Assembly (NCBI GenBank): GCA_044070495.1
Contig: JBIPSI010000007.1
Span: 64,001-128,000 of the forward strand
Length of the DNA stretch: 64,000 nt
Origin: Spirulina sp.
GTDB taxonomy: Bacteria; Cyanobacteriota; Cyanobacteriia; Phormidesmidales; Phormidesmidaceae
Reading direction: 5' to 3'
Shown: positions 32,701 through 39,971 of the stretch, one piece after another
How positions within the stretch are numbered: the first letter of the stretch is position 1
Layout of the letters: the number at the start of each line of letters is the position of its first letter
Notes under the pieces: generated by a model
The model's database searches: none
Told to the model about the DNA's origin: nothing
What the model saw: the letters and a program-made list of their open reading frames with translations, nothing else
Made by a program: the position numbers and the translations under genes

Positions 32701-34025
32701 TCGTCGGCATCGGCGTCCCTAAAGCTGCCCGACACCGTAATCTGACCACCCTCGTTAATACTGCTTTGGTTCGTGGTTAGCCCGGTGATGATCGGGGCTT
32801 CGTTGACATCCAAAATGTTGACGGTGACCAACTGCTCGTTGCTTAGCCCCCCGGCATCGGTGGCCCGCACCAACAGGTTATAGGCGGTGGCAAAGGTTTC
32901 AAAGTTGAGATCGTCCGCATCGTTGACGGTGATCGCCCCCGTGCTGGCGTTAATCAGAAAGGCTCGGTTGCCGTCGTTGTCGTTGTCGGGGTTGCCCGAC
33001 ACCAGCGACCAGGTCAGTCCGGGCTCGTTGGCGGTTACCGTACCCACCGCCACCCCATTGGCCGAGTGCTCGTTAATGTTAAAGACTTGGTTCGGCGTAA
33101 TCTGCGGGGCCGTATTCAGGTTGAGCTGTACCGCCCCCGTGGCCGACCCTACCCCATCCACCGCAAAGTAGTAGGTGGTGCCCGCCACGGCGGTAAAGGT
33201 CACCTGGCTCTTGAGGTTGCTGCCGCTGATGTTGTCGTTAAAAGCCACCTGGTTAAGGCTGTTGACGGAACCGCCCGTATACACCGCCAGCACCGTGTTG
33301 TTGAGGGCGCTGCCGATGGTATCCAACGTAATCAGCCCCGTGGTGGTCGCCGTCCACTGCCACCAGATCGAATTGTTGAGGCTCTCCTGCACGGACTGGT
33401 TCAATCCGCTTACATTGGGGTCGTGGATGGGTTCGCCCAACTGGTGGGTCGCCCCTACGGTGGTTCCGGTGTTGGTGCTGGGCGTCCACACCGTGGCACC
33501 AGCAAAGTTGTCGGTTCCCAGCACCGCTCGGTATTGGGCCGCCAAAGCAGCACCGACCAACAACCGAGGCGAAACCTGCCCCACGGTGGTATCGAGCCGC
33601 CAGTCGCCCCCCAAATCGCCATGGCCCACCAGCCGAGGGGAAGCCGCAACCCCTGCCCCGGTCAAATGGTGGATTCTCGCCAAAAACTCAGCCCCGGCAT
33701 CCCCCGCCGCCACCTGACAACCGTAGAGGTAAATTTGGGGCGAGGAATCGGTGGCGAACCAGTGACCTAGGGCCTCGGTGTAGCGATCCAGGCTGTCCAA
33801 ATCCAGGTGGGTGTTGCCTAGGCTGAGGCGTCCCGGCGCACCGTGGGCCACCACAATCAGGGTATCCGTTGGGTGATGCCCCAGGGCCTCGGTGATCACC
33901 GCCACCCCATCCTCATCGGCCTGGATAACGCGGAGAGAACCCTGGCCGCCTAGCTCATCCATCAAGCGCCAGCATTCATCTACCTGAGAATCGACAACAA
34001 TGAGAGGACTAGGGTAGTTTGCCAT
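23757..34025 (-). CDS. Giant adhesin-like protein: DUF4347, cadherin/PKD/Ig repeats, about 17 cadherin-like repeats, C-terminal FG-GAP repeats
   Basis: 3422 aa; AHGAPG..LYGCQVA..GGDWRL (DUF4347), TVTIxWGDG (PKD), VNDxP linkers, NxLTIxEG...FTQ..I..G.V.FVHxG repeats, DFNNDGxxDVxW tail. Confidence 0.88.
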   Translation of the reverse strand: MANYPSPLIVVDSQVDECWRLMDELGGQGSLRVIQADEDGVAVITEALGHHPTDTLIVVAHGAPGRLSLGNTHLDLDSLDRYTEALGHWFATDSSPQIYLYGCQVAAGDAGAEFLARIHHLTGAGVAASPRLVGHGDLGGDWRLDTTVGQVSPRLLVGAALAAQYRAVLGTDNFAGATVWTPSTNTGTTVGATHQLGEPIHDPNVSGLNQSVQESLNNSIWWQWTATTTGLITLDTIGSALNNTVLAVYTGGSVNSLNQVAFNDNISGSNLKSQVTFTAVAGTTYYFAVDGVGSATGAVQLNLNTAPQITPNQVFNINEHSANGVAVGTVTANEPGLTWSLVSGNPDNDNDGNRAFLINASTGAITVNDADDLNFETFATAYNLLVRATDAGGLSNEQLVTVNILDVNEAPIITGLTTNQSSINEGGQITVSGSFRDADADDLHTVTISWGDGTSDVIGGANLAGPDADGNFSFANLRHTYQDNATYTITMTVEDASGLTSAPRTVAVVVNNVPPTITQGATLAISVNEDSPTTFTLNATDPGRLDTLTWDILNQASNGTASVSTSPTGRNQIISYLPNPDFAGTDTFEVQVADNNGGFDTIVVNVTVVPQPDPPRGLNILGDVATINEGDTFTLTGIFSDPDLGDTFTVTINWGDGTPAVVLSNGDVTNLGNGNYRFTTSHTYLADSGAGAFSISAIVRDSANLTVSDTLSLPVANVAPSIVQGAFLALSTDEDTPLTFDLDATDPADTTFQWSVVAQPPNGTVTFVTNPNGSGSQTLVFTPAANFDQNTSFDVQVSDGNGGVSIINVLVDVEPVNDDPTSLAITPDFTTINEGSSISLTGSFTDVDSGDSHTVTIDWGDGTPVTTLAATDLTLAGTTYTLPARSHTYADEGNYTVTVMVEDAAGAMTSRTQAITVNNVAPTITDAGGTAVPPSITLPLGQEDTPILFSLGAQDPGVTDTLQWRVSAAPNQGTVTILPAVAGQPQEFRYTPNPNVSGADFFTLELSDGDGGVDTVVVNLFLDAVNDLPVITANQFTITEGQPLLITQANLNATDIETFDPNLAFEITGLATGERFAVAGGSDNFFNLLDVIEGRVTFIDDGNETRPAFSITVRDGSTGGVVTTPANITFIPVNDAPVIGNRSFTVTEGQPTLITSASLSATDEELALTNREGELQYTITRIEGGVIQVSGTTQTTFTQADIDGGRVTFVHGGEDIVPVLEYTVSDGLLSTPSSAVVTFINVNDPPRILANSLTLTEGDVVTITLQNIDATDPDNDDNTLIFDISGLNPAAGTFERRASSTTPFSPTTTFSRQDILNGNVRFVHSGNEVAPAYTLTVRDAEPLTASGPATVSFTTVNDIPIFGTNTLTIDEGQTLVLSGSNIATSDEETPATGLTYTVSGLSGGRFELVANPGTAITSFTQDDIDNSRVQFVHNGDEAAPTYTLTVSDGVNEVESEANIVFTNLNDAPNLINNRLTITEGQTRLITTTDINASDVEDNDNTLTFVVGQIAASVFVENDTFAGGEFQLKDGSGVFVKTSRFTREDIINQRVRFVHNGTETRPTYAIQVLDSDGGNTFRNAEVTFTSVNDLPVVQRNRLIIEEEGAFLFNADPLNPDLVTTDEETLDKTQIVYTVTAVTAGQFEDVSNAGVAITSFTQQQLDDQTIRFVHNGTEETPSYTLSVSDSTGGVVTSNGNVTFTNVNDAPTFTANSFDLTEGGTLVLSTANINATDVESLDTNLRFDITAVTGGRFERVSAPGTAILSFTLGDIILGDIQFTQPPADEETPPTYTITVTDDDPTTPRTTTQVGTVNFTPINDAPTIVANTLTIAEGGTVIFGDGVTGGTTGGVLRASDPETPAGELRFEVSSVVGGQFELTSTPGTAVFSFTQAQVTANQVRFVQNGTSVVPNYTVTVKDPQDLTGTGTPTVTFTDVNDPPAITRNTLTITEGQTVVLGSANLQYSDEESSPAQVTYTVTGVTAGQFERVATPGTAITSFTQAEVNAGAIQFVHNGTETPPTYTLTLTDGGSVSGAPLTTAPSNATIDFSRVNDRPTIGTNTLTIAEEGSVVLNALGTNLTASDEETAVLDLVYVVDAVTNGRFELTTAPGTAITTFTQVQLNSGEVRFVHDPASGETPPTYTLRAQDSEGALSDPSDATITFNRVNDNPVFSVNALTITEGTTVTLTTANLLSSDEEDGVADLTYSIVGTVTGGKFVLASDPTQTAITSFTQAQVEAAAIQFVHDGTETAPAYTLRVTDSETGFAERSATITFEPVNDDPVFSVNTLTLNEGQTVVLGIANLLTEDEESGDADLTYQVQSVTNGRFERVATPGTAITSFSQDDVANGRVQFVHSGSEQAPTYTLVVTDGDGATVTRASTINFTNLNDPPTFQASNLTVTEGATVTLDLSNINATDPDHPDDQIVYSVTNVVGGSFFFNGAALTPATTFNAVDLSLGRLTFVDDGNNAPPTFDLVATDPDGDATTVAATVTFTALNDAPVLAVNQFTITEGQPLVLSDANLRATDEETTDPTRLIYRVRNVTGGGFFTIPDGDEVFTFTQAQINAGNEIVFRHDGSETTPAFTLEVTDPNGGTSGQVPAVITYNRVNDAPVFSRNVLTIAEGQTVVLSTSDITVSDIDTPLSLLTFTVDTVQNGFFTVDGTVLAAGDTFTRTQLVLGQVSFTASDDGLTPAYTLTVNDNDPLGSRPATRVATVNFTPVNDLPQITVNNFPITEGRNLELSTANLDATDEETTNRSQLVYTVSGLQGGVFFNVGTGSNVTSFSQLDVDNRLIFFRHNGSETPAAFTLSLADGSGGTTVAPGNVIFTPTNDPPVLSINAFPVTEGGTLKLSATNLSVVDPDNTPAQLRYTVGGLAGGQFSRDTNLDGVPDAPGITTFSQQDVLDGLIFFVHDGNEAAPSFTLTLTDGTVTLPAVPANVTFTRVNDAPESVVLTLSTTTINEGSAVILNGTFVDVDSTVHTVTVNWGNGTTTTIPTSQIVNNGGGNFSLPAVNRTYADDGVFVITVTVNDGQATAQGTTTVTVNDVPPTIALSGSGPVKANSPYTLTIGTPVDPGDDQYVAFQVDWGDGTTSTATQPGDVTKVYKAFGTYTITVTAIDNQGQSFSGGTETATILYPITDFTGNGLPDVFWRFEPGVDNVIWTLDASGNLTNGLPVRPLDSAFSIQSVADFNNDGRNDVFWRNSASGDMGIWLMDGATVQGGILLPVVDPTWSIVGFTDFNNDGSQDVLWRNVTGANVIWTLQAGELVDGVVLPSLDPSFEMAALTDINQNGFDDIVWRNPTTGQNLVWLMNGTTFSSDTNLTAVDPAYDLVATADFTGDGIEDFVWQHQFAPAVVVWEMGPNGTIANGVLLPALDPAYELRGATDLNGDNQTDLLWRNPTTGDTFAWAMNGTTVASTIDYPDPPAGWQVYV

Positions 34026-35027
34026 GATCTGACGCTCCTAAACTTTGGGGGATAAATAAATGAGGGGGTGACGGTAGACAAGGGTATTTAGTCAGCAATC
34101 AACATCGCAAAACGAACGCCCTAAATCCACAAACAGCGGGCCGCAGAACATCGGGCATCACCAAGGGCCAACCCACCCTTATCAGCACTCGCCGCAGTGA
34201 ATTAGCACGCCTAAAACTAGGGCTAGGAATCGGGGTCAAGGGGCTAACTCCAGGGGTCATTAGGGAATCATCTTGGGCAAGTTTTCCCGGATCGAGCTTG
34301 GCCCGTCCAAGACTAGGATCATTCATCAGCATTCCCCGATGCTCCACGAAAGTTTCACGGTTAACATATCCGTGCTTTTGTTGATATTTTTTAACGATCT
34401 CTTGTGAATTCTAAAAACGACCCAAGCTCGGCAAAACGAAGCGAGATCGTATCCAGTACGATGCCCCTAACGACCGACCACTGGGAAGCCAGGGTGGCGA
34501 ATGGCGGTGTTTATTTAGACATTGAACCTACCTAACTAGACCCTCAGGTCACCCATGGAGACCCCATCAACGGCAGAGTAGCCGTGGTCTCACTGTTCTA
34601 TCGTTCACTCATTCCCTATCCTAGGAAGCAAACCTAAGAATGGTATAGGAATGGTATAAAAACTTACGAAGAGGAAAATCTGGAGCGAACCGAAAACCCT
34701 AGGGATTGACCGCTAGCAATTAACCCTAGCGACTACAGTGCAGCCCCAAAAAACCTCGGTATCCTTAGACACCTCATCGACTCATTTTAATTGCCCTAAC
34801 TCAGGGCAACTCAGCGCCCTACGTAGGCGCGGATCTCTCGTAAAAATTTATCTCTGGGTTGGGCGAACTCAGCCCAGGCGCGATACGAGGAAAAACCACT
34901 GGGTAGACCATAGCAATAAGGCTAAGAAACAGCCGCTAGCTTGGCCTAAATGATACTGAAGGTCGCGGAGGATGGATCAGTTATTTATGTATCTTTTCTA
35001 TCCCGTGGTGATCGTGGTGGATCCGTC

Positions 35028-35678
35028 CTAGATCGTCGTTAAGGGAGGCGTTAGGGGTTTTTGGGCCTGGATAACCTGGAGGCTCCCTCCAGCGTAGAGG
35101 CGGGACGTAACGGAATGGAAACCCAGGCGATCGAGTTCTTCAGGAATATCGGCCTTGAGCATGGCCCAGGCGGTATGGGTCTCAAACAACCATAGAAACG
35201 TGGCCAACCCCGGCCAATAAATAGGATTGTGGGGCCGGTGAAAGTCCACCACTGCCACTATGCCCCCAGGCCGCAGAACCCGCAAGATTTCTGCAAAGAT
35301 TTGTTGCCGTTGTCCGGGTTCCATCTCATGGAGGGCGGCACTGCTGTGGACAAGGCCAAAGGAATTATCCTCCAAGGGCATCCGTTCGGCCCAGCCCTCC
35401 ACAAATGTAGCCTGGGGCACGTTGCGCCTAGCTCGTTCGATGGATCGCGGAGAGGCATCCAGCCCCGTTACCCGCTGGCTATAGTTCACCAAAAATGCCG
35501 TGGTTTGGCCACTACCGCAGCAGAGATCCAGCACCGGGGTTTCTGGGGTGAGGGTGAGGTTTTGCAGCGATAGGGTACGAAACCGGGTCTCGCCACCCAC
35601 CGAAAGGGCTGCCGTGCGGGAAATGCCATCGTATAACCACTGATGGCGATAGCTGAGGGGACGTAAAAAAGTTGCCAT
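35028..35678 (-). CDS. Class I SAM-dependent methyltransferase
   Basis: VLDLCCGSG, TGLDAS, ALHEM, RVLRPGG. Confidence 0.88.
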   Translation of the reverse strand: MATFLRPLSYRHQWLYDGISRTAALSVGGETRFRTLSLQNLTLTPETPVLDLCCGSGQTTAFLVNYSQRVTGLDASPRSIERARRNVPQATFVEGWAERMPLEDNSFGLVHSSAALHEMEPGQRQQIFAEILRVLRPGGIVAVVDFHRPHNPIYWPGLATFLWLFETHTAWAMLKADIPEELDRLGFHSVTSRLYAGGSLQVIQAQKPLTPPLTTI

Positions 35679-35954
35679 TTTTCTATTATGACGGAATTAT
35701 TTACCGCCATCCTGGCCGCAGTATCCGCAATAATCACGGGCAACAATGGCCTGAAGCTCTATCTGGCAAGGGTTTTCGGCCCTGTCCCGGCTCTGCTTGC
35801 CCCCACGGCAGGGCACAGTAGAGTAGTATCGGGGGTATGGCAGCGACTTTAACCTACCCATTGCGTCTATTGCGCTGGCGCTCAGGTCTTTTAAAGCGGT
35901 GGCTAGGATGGCCTGAGCACAGCCGTCCCAGGATGTTGTTTATCTGGGAATCCC

Positions 35955-36524
35955 ATGGATAAGTTTGCCCTATATGCCTGCCCAACCGGATCCCTAGCGG
36001 ATCAAATTCAAGCCTTCTTAGACCGCAGCCAAGCCACCTGGGGCACGGAGGCTACCCCCTTGGGCCTGCCCTGCTGCAAGCTGATCGACCCCTTTGAGGA
36101 ACAGGGCCACACCCTGCCCATCTATACCCAAACCCTAGAACGGGCCTACAAACGCGGCATGCGCTCTTGCCCCGATATGGCCCTTCAGGTAGACGGATGG
36201 CAGCAGACCACCGACAGCCTCACCCTCGCCCTTACGGCCCCCTGGTTGCGCCAGGTGATGGTGAACTTTGCCTGCACGGTGAAATCCCCCACCCGCAAAA
36301 TGCCCCTGCGTATTCAAGAACACCTGCGCCTAGTGCTGGCCCAGGGGCAAGGCAAGGCCCAAACCCAGGCCATGGCCCAATTGGCAGAGGAGATGATCGA
36401 TCTCAACCGTCCCAGCCATTGGGAAATGCGGTTTTATCAGCGCACCGCCCGCCAAACCTGGATGGTACGCCAAACCTGGGTCTTGGGCGAAGGACTCCGC
36501 AACGTTGAGGCGCTGGTGGGGTAG
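35955..36524 (+). CDS. Cyanobacterial hypothetical protein (possible degenerate 2H fold)
   Basis: YACPTGSLADQI N-terminus; abuts the RibD-like gene. Confidence 0.6.
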   Translation: MDKFALYACPTGSLADQIQAFLDRSQATWGTEATPLGLPCCKLIDPFEEQGHTLPIYTQTLERAYKRGMRSCPDMALQVDGWQQTTDSLTLALTAPWLRQVMVNFACTVKSPTRKMPLRIQEHLRLVLAQGQGKAQTQAMAQLAEEMIDLNRPSHWEMRFYQRTARQTWMVRQTWVLGEGLRNVEALVG

Positions 36525-37241
36525 ATGGATCGGCCTTGGATCACCCTGGTGTTGGCCATGAGCCTGGATGGCAAAATTGCCGATACCCAGCGACGGGCGG
36601 CGCGATTTTCTTCCCAGGCCGATCTTGAACACCTGGAGGCCAGGGTAGCGGCGGCGGATGGCGTGCTGTTTGGCGGCGGCACCCTGCGAGCCTACGGCAC
36701 CACCCTCAGCGTCCGCAATCCTGCGCTGATTGAAGCCCGCCGTCAGCGAGGCCAACCCAATCAGCCCATTCACATTGTTTGGTCACCATCGGGGCAACTA
36801 GATCCGCAGTGGCGCTTTTTTCAGCAGCCCATCCCCCGTGGACTGATTACCACCACCGCCGGGGCAAAACCCTGGCAATCGGGGGCGCACTTTGATCGCC
36901 TGTGGGTGATGCCCGATGACCAGATCGCTCCCTGGAATTGGCCAGAACTGCTAGCTCAGTTTCCCGCCCAAGGGCTCCACAGCCTAGCCCTCCTCGGCGG
37001 CGGTTACCTCACCGCCGAACTCCTTCGCCACGGGCTGGTTCATGAGGTTTACATTACCCTCTGCCCCCTACTGCTGGGGGGTGCCACCGCCCCCACCCCC
37101 GTGGATGGCGAGGGGTTTTTGGCCGAAGTCGCCCCCCGCCTTACCCTCTTGGAAAGCCACGTTGTGGGCGACGAAGTGTTTCTGCACTACCTCGTCCAAT
37201 CACCGCCCCACCGGCCCACGGCCCGTCGTACCAGGCCTTGA
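36525..37241 (+). CDS. RibD C-terminal (reductase-like) domain protein
   Basis: LAMSLDGKIA, GGGTLRA, LLGGGYL, EVYITLCPLLLGG, EVFLHY. Confidence 0.88.
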   Translation: MDRPWITLVLAMSLDGKIADTQRRAARFSSQADLEHLEARVAAADGVLFGGGTLRAYGTTLSVRNPALIEARRQRGQPNQPIHIVWSPSGQLDPQWRFFQQPIPRGLITTTAGAKPWQSGAHFDRLWVMPDDQIAPWNWPELLAQFPAQGLHSLALLGGGYLTAELLRHGLVHEVYITLCPLLLGGATAPTPVDGEGFLAEVAPRLTLLESHVVGDEVFLHYLVQSPPHRPTARRTRP

Positions 37242-37256
37242 TGCTAAGCAAAGTTT

Positions 37257-37272
37257 TGTAATCAACGCTACA
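37257..37272. promoter_or_regulatory. NtcA box 1
   Basis: TGTA-ATCAACGC-TACA, a perfect GTA-N8-TAC. Confidence 0.75.
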
Positions 37273-37296
37273 GTTTTAGGGCAAGATCCGCAAAAA

Positions 37297-37312
37297 TGTA
37301 GTTGTCGCTACA
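37297..37312. promoter_or_regulatory. NtcA box 2
   Basis: TGTA-GTTGTCGC-TACA, a perfect GTA-N8-TAC. Confidence 0.75.
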
Positions 37313-37330
37313 GATTGCAGGAGACTTGCC

Positions 37331-37462
37331 ATGCTTCCTCCCAGCTCCAGCCAGAATCGTCGCCAAGTCATCAGCGAACTGCGCCACCAGCTCCGCTACG
37401 CCAGCATTGAAGAACGGTCTCGCATTCGCCAGGAACTGAATTTCTGGATGCAGCACCGCTAA
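37331..37462 (+). CDS. Unannotated 43-aa small protein
   Basis: MLPPSSSQNRRQVISELRHQLRYASIEERSRIRQELNFWMQHR; RBS AGGAGA just upstream; fills the intergenic gap; two NtcA boxes upstream. Confidence 0.7.
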   Translation: MLPPSSSQNRRQVISELRHQLRYASIEERSRIRQELNFWMQHR

Positions 37463-37651
37463 GGGCCATTTCTCCCATTCCCTAATGGCCTATTCCCTGA
37501 TGGCCTGAGATGATCCTAAGCCCTCCTACTCCTCAATTGGGCTGAGGCAAGGGGATAGCTGTGGTCATCGGCCCATGGGGATAGGCGTTCACCGCCACCC
37601 AAGGTACCCTAAATGGACAGGCGACCTCAGGGGATGGGGGAATTACGAACC

Positions 37652-38059
37652 ATGCAAGGCGAAACCGATCTGAAGACGCTGATCGCAACCATGCGGCCCC
37701 ATCTGCACGGATCGCCCTACGTTTTTTGCACCGTCAACCGGGAGGCCGATGTCGGTCTCCCGGTTTCTCCCGTGGGCACCTTCCAGGAGGAAGAGGGTAT
37801 GACCCTGATCCTGACCCAGCAGCAAGCCTTGGATCAGGGGCTGGCCTTTGAGATGCTGTGGGCCTGTGTCACCCTGACGGTGCATTCCGCGTTGTCTGCG
37901 GTCGGGTTTCTGGCCGCCATCACCACTCGGCTGGCGGAGGCGGGTGTTAGCGTTAACCCCGTTTCCGCCTACTACCACGATCACCTCTTTGTGCCCTGGG
38001 AACGACGGCAGGAGGTCGTCGCTATCCTAGAAGACTTGCAGCAAACCTCTGCCGCCTAG
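37652..38059 (+). CDS. ACT-domain protein (DUF2241-like)
   Basis: GETDLKTLI, YVFC, FQEEEGMTLI, LTVHSALSAVGF, SAYYHDHLFVP. Confidence 0.88.
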   Translation: MQGETDLKTLIATMRPHLHGSPYVFCTVNREADVGLPVSPVGTFQEEEGMTLILTQQQALDQGLAFEMLWACVTLTVHSALSAVGFLAAITTRLAEAGVSVNPVSAYYHDHLFVPWERRQEVVAILEDLQQTSAA

Positions 38060-38236
38060 GCCAATCCCCAATCCGAATTCCGTACCCCCGCATCTCAACC
38101 CGTCTCATTGTAGGTAGGGGCGAGGTCTCCTCGCCCAGGAGTTGGTGTAGGTCTAACAACTCCGATTCAGGCTATTCCTCGGTGATGTAATGTTTCGTTA
38201 AGCTATGGGAGTAGCGTTGCCGAGCGGCCCTTTTCC

Positions 38237-38716
38237 ATGACCTCTCCCTCCCTAAAGCCAGCCTCTGCGTCCCCCTCGACTGCCCCCACCTGGCGCATTA
38301 ACCTGCTCTACGATGGCCAATGCCCGCTCTGCCTGTGGGAGGTGGAGATGCTGAAACGCAAGGACAAGGGCCGGGGGCTGGTGAAATTTACCGACATTGC
38401 CGAGGACGATTACTCCGCTGCCGAAAATGGTGGGGTAGACTACGCGACCGCCATGGGGCGCATCCATGCGGTGCGGGCCGATGGCACCGTAATCAAGAAT
38501 GTGGAAGTCTTTCGCCAGGTGTACCAAGTGCTGGGGGCTGGCTGGATCTATGCCCCCACCGGCTGGCCCATCCTTGGCCCGGTGGTGGATTGGGTCTATG
38601 GTCTGTGGGCGCGGTGGCGCTTGGCGATCACCGGCAGACCCAGCCTAGAAACCCTACTGGCCGAACGGGAAGCCCGCCTTGCCGCTGGTTGTGGGGATCG
38701 TTGCCGAGCAGAGTAA
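38237..38716 (+). CDS. DCC family thiol-disulfide oxidoreductase (DUF393)
   Basis: LLYDGQCPLC, MGRIHAV, WARWRLAITGR. Confidence 0.88.
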   Translation: MTSPSLKPASASPSTAPTWRINLLYDGQCPLCLWEVEMLKRKDKGRGLVKFTDIAEDDYSAAENGGVDYATAMGRIHAVRADGTVIKNVEVFRQVYQVLGAGWIYAPTGWPILGPVVDWVYGLWARWRLAITGRPSLETLLAEREARLAAGCGDRCRAE

Positions 38717-38736
38717 CCGCCGACTGGATCGAGGGA

Positions 38737-38807
38737 GAGAAACCCGGTTTCTTCCTTTGGAACGGCCAAATCCCCTAGGTACACCAACGAAGAAACCGGG
38801 TTTCTGT
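38737..38807. repeat. Inverted pair of AGAAACCCGGTTTCT palindromes
   Basis: AGAAACCCGGTTTCTTC ... GAAGAAACCGGGTTTCT. Confidence 0.7.
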
Positions 38808-38894
38808 ATCGATGTTCTAGGCCAAGGGGCGCGGAGGGGCAAGGCTCCACCGTTCCCTCAGGCCCATGGAGGATGCCCTATAATGAGGACAGAC

Positions 38895-38912
38895 AATGTA
38901 AACAGATGTAAC
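38895..38912 (-). promoter_or_regulatory. Putative HLR1 (RpaB) site upstream of the HEAT-repeat gene
   Basis: Minus strand GTTACATC-TG-TTTACATT, one mismatch to (G/T)TTACA(T/A)(T/A)-N2-repeat; TATAAT at 38879-38884. Confidence 0.55.
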
Positions 38913-38927
38913 ATTTCTGAGATTCCT

Positions 38928-39590
38928 ATGGCCTCCGTGGATTTAGATCAGATTTCGGCCCAACTGCAAAGCCAAAACTCTAAAGACCGGATGTTGGCCT
39001 TGGCGTCCTTGCGAGATGTGCCAGCAGCCCAGGCGGCCCCGCTGATTCGGCAGGTCTTGGACGACGACAACATGCAAATTCGATCCATGGCGGTGTTTGC
39101 CCTTGGCCTCAAGCCCGATGATCAGGCCTTCGATATTCTCATTAAGCTCGTCACCTCCGACCCCGACTACGGCATTCGCGCCGATGCCGCCGGAGCCTTG
39201 GGCTATTTAGAAGATCCCCGCGCCTTTGAAACCCTGGTGCGAGCCTTCTACGAAGATACCGATTGGCTGGTGCGCTTCAGTGCCGCCGTGGCCCTCGGCA
39301 ACCTAAAAGATCCCCGCGCCCACGATGTCCTCATGCAGGCGCTTCAGAGCGATGAGGTGGTGATACAGCAGGCCGCTATTGCCGCCGTAGGGGAAATTGG
39401 CGATGTAGAGGCCGTAGACGAGATCCTCAAATTCGCCCAGGCCGAAGACTGGCTGGTGCGGCAGCGATTGGCGGAAGCCCTCGGCCATTTGCCCACTCCA
39501 AAAACCGAAGCGGCCCTGCGCTACCTCGAAAAAGACGCCCATTTCCAAGTGGCCGAAGCCGCCCGGATTTCCTTAGCCCGCCTTCAGTAA
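38928..39590 (+). CDS. nblB: HEAT-repeat (PBS lyase-like) protein, NblB-like
   Basis: RSMAVFALG, DPDYGIRADAAGALGYL, DTDWLVRFSAAVALGNL, DWLVRQRLAEALG; ATG at 38928. Confidence 0.72.
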   Translation: MASVDLDQISAQLQSQNSKDRMLALASLRDVPAAQAAPLIRQVLDDDNMQIRSMAVFALGLKPDDQAFDILIKLVTSDPDYGIRADAAGALGYLEDPRAFETLVRAFYEDTDWLVRFSAAVALGNLKDPRAHDVLMQALQSDEVVIQQAAIAAVGEIGDVEAVDEILKFAQAEDWLVRQRLAEALGHLPTPKTEAALRYLEKDAHFQVAEAARISLARLQ

Positions 39591-39619
39591 CCCAACCCCA
39601 ATTCCGGTGACCGAGGGAG

Positions 39620-39958
39620 GAGCTAGGGACTTAAGAGTAGTCCAATTAGTAAACCATCCAAGCTAGCCCTCATCCCCCAACCCCCTCTCCGTAGGGAGAA
39701 GGGGAGCCGGATTCAGAACCCCTCTCCTGGGGGAGAGGGGCAGGGGTGAGGGTAAATGGTTACGGCCAATGGATAGTTATTTTCATGGAGCACTCTAAAG
39801 TCCTTAGCTCAACGCTGAAATCCTCTAAAGAGGATTGGGGTTCCTGTGGGAACAGGGAACCGTAAGGGAGGCCACGGCTTACCCAGGAGTCTTGACCAAA
39901 TCCGCCCTCAGTCTGCTTCAGCAGACTTTCGCCATCAGCTAGGGAGTGAACTCCCTAG
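39620..39958. repeat. Composite repeat: REP-like inverted pair with a MITE-like insert (39634-39795)
   Basis: Hairpin GAGCTAGGGACTT/AAGTCCTTAGCTC split by a 162-bp insert flanked by TA; imperfect terminal IRs; CCCTCTCC..GGAGAGGG cargo. Confidence 0.65.
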
Positions 39959-39971
39959 ATTTAGCAGCCAT

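Noticed and set aside
23825..33770. Many long plus-strand and alternate-frame ORFs within the giant gene
   Set aside because: Shadow ORFs caused by GC-rich codon bias in the adhesin; no motifs
34026..35027. Riboswitch in the adhesin leader
   Set aside because: No recognisable c-di-GMP, cobalamin or glutamine aptamer consensus by eye; an Infernal search would be needed
38679..38927. N-terminal extension of the HEAT-repeat ORF
   Set aside because: Runs through a palindromic repeat and the promoter; ATG at 38928 is more plausible
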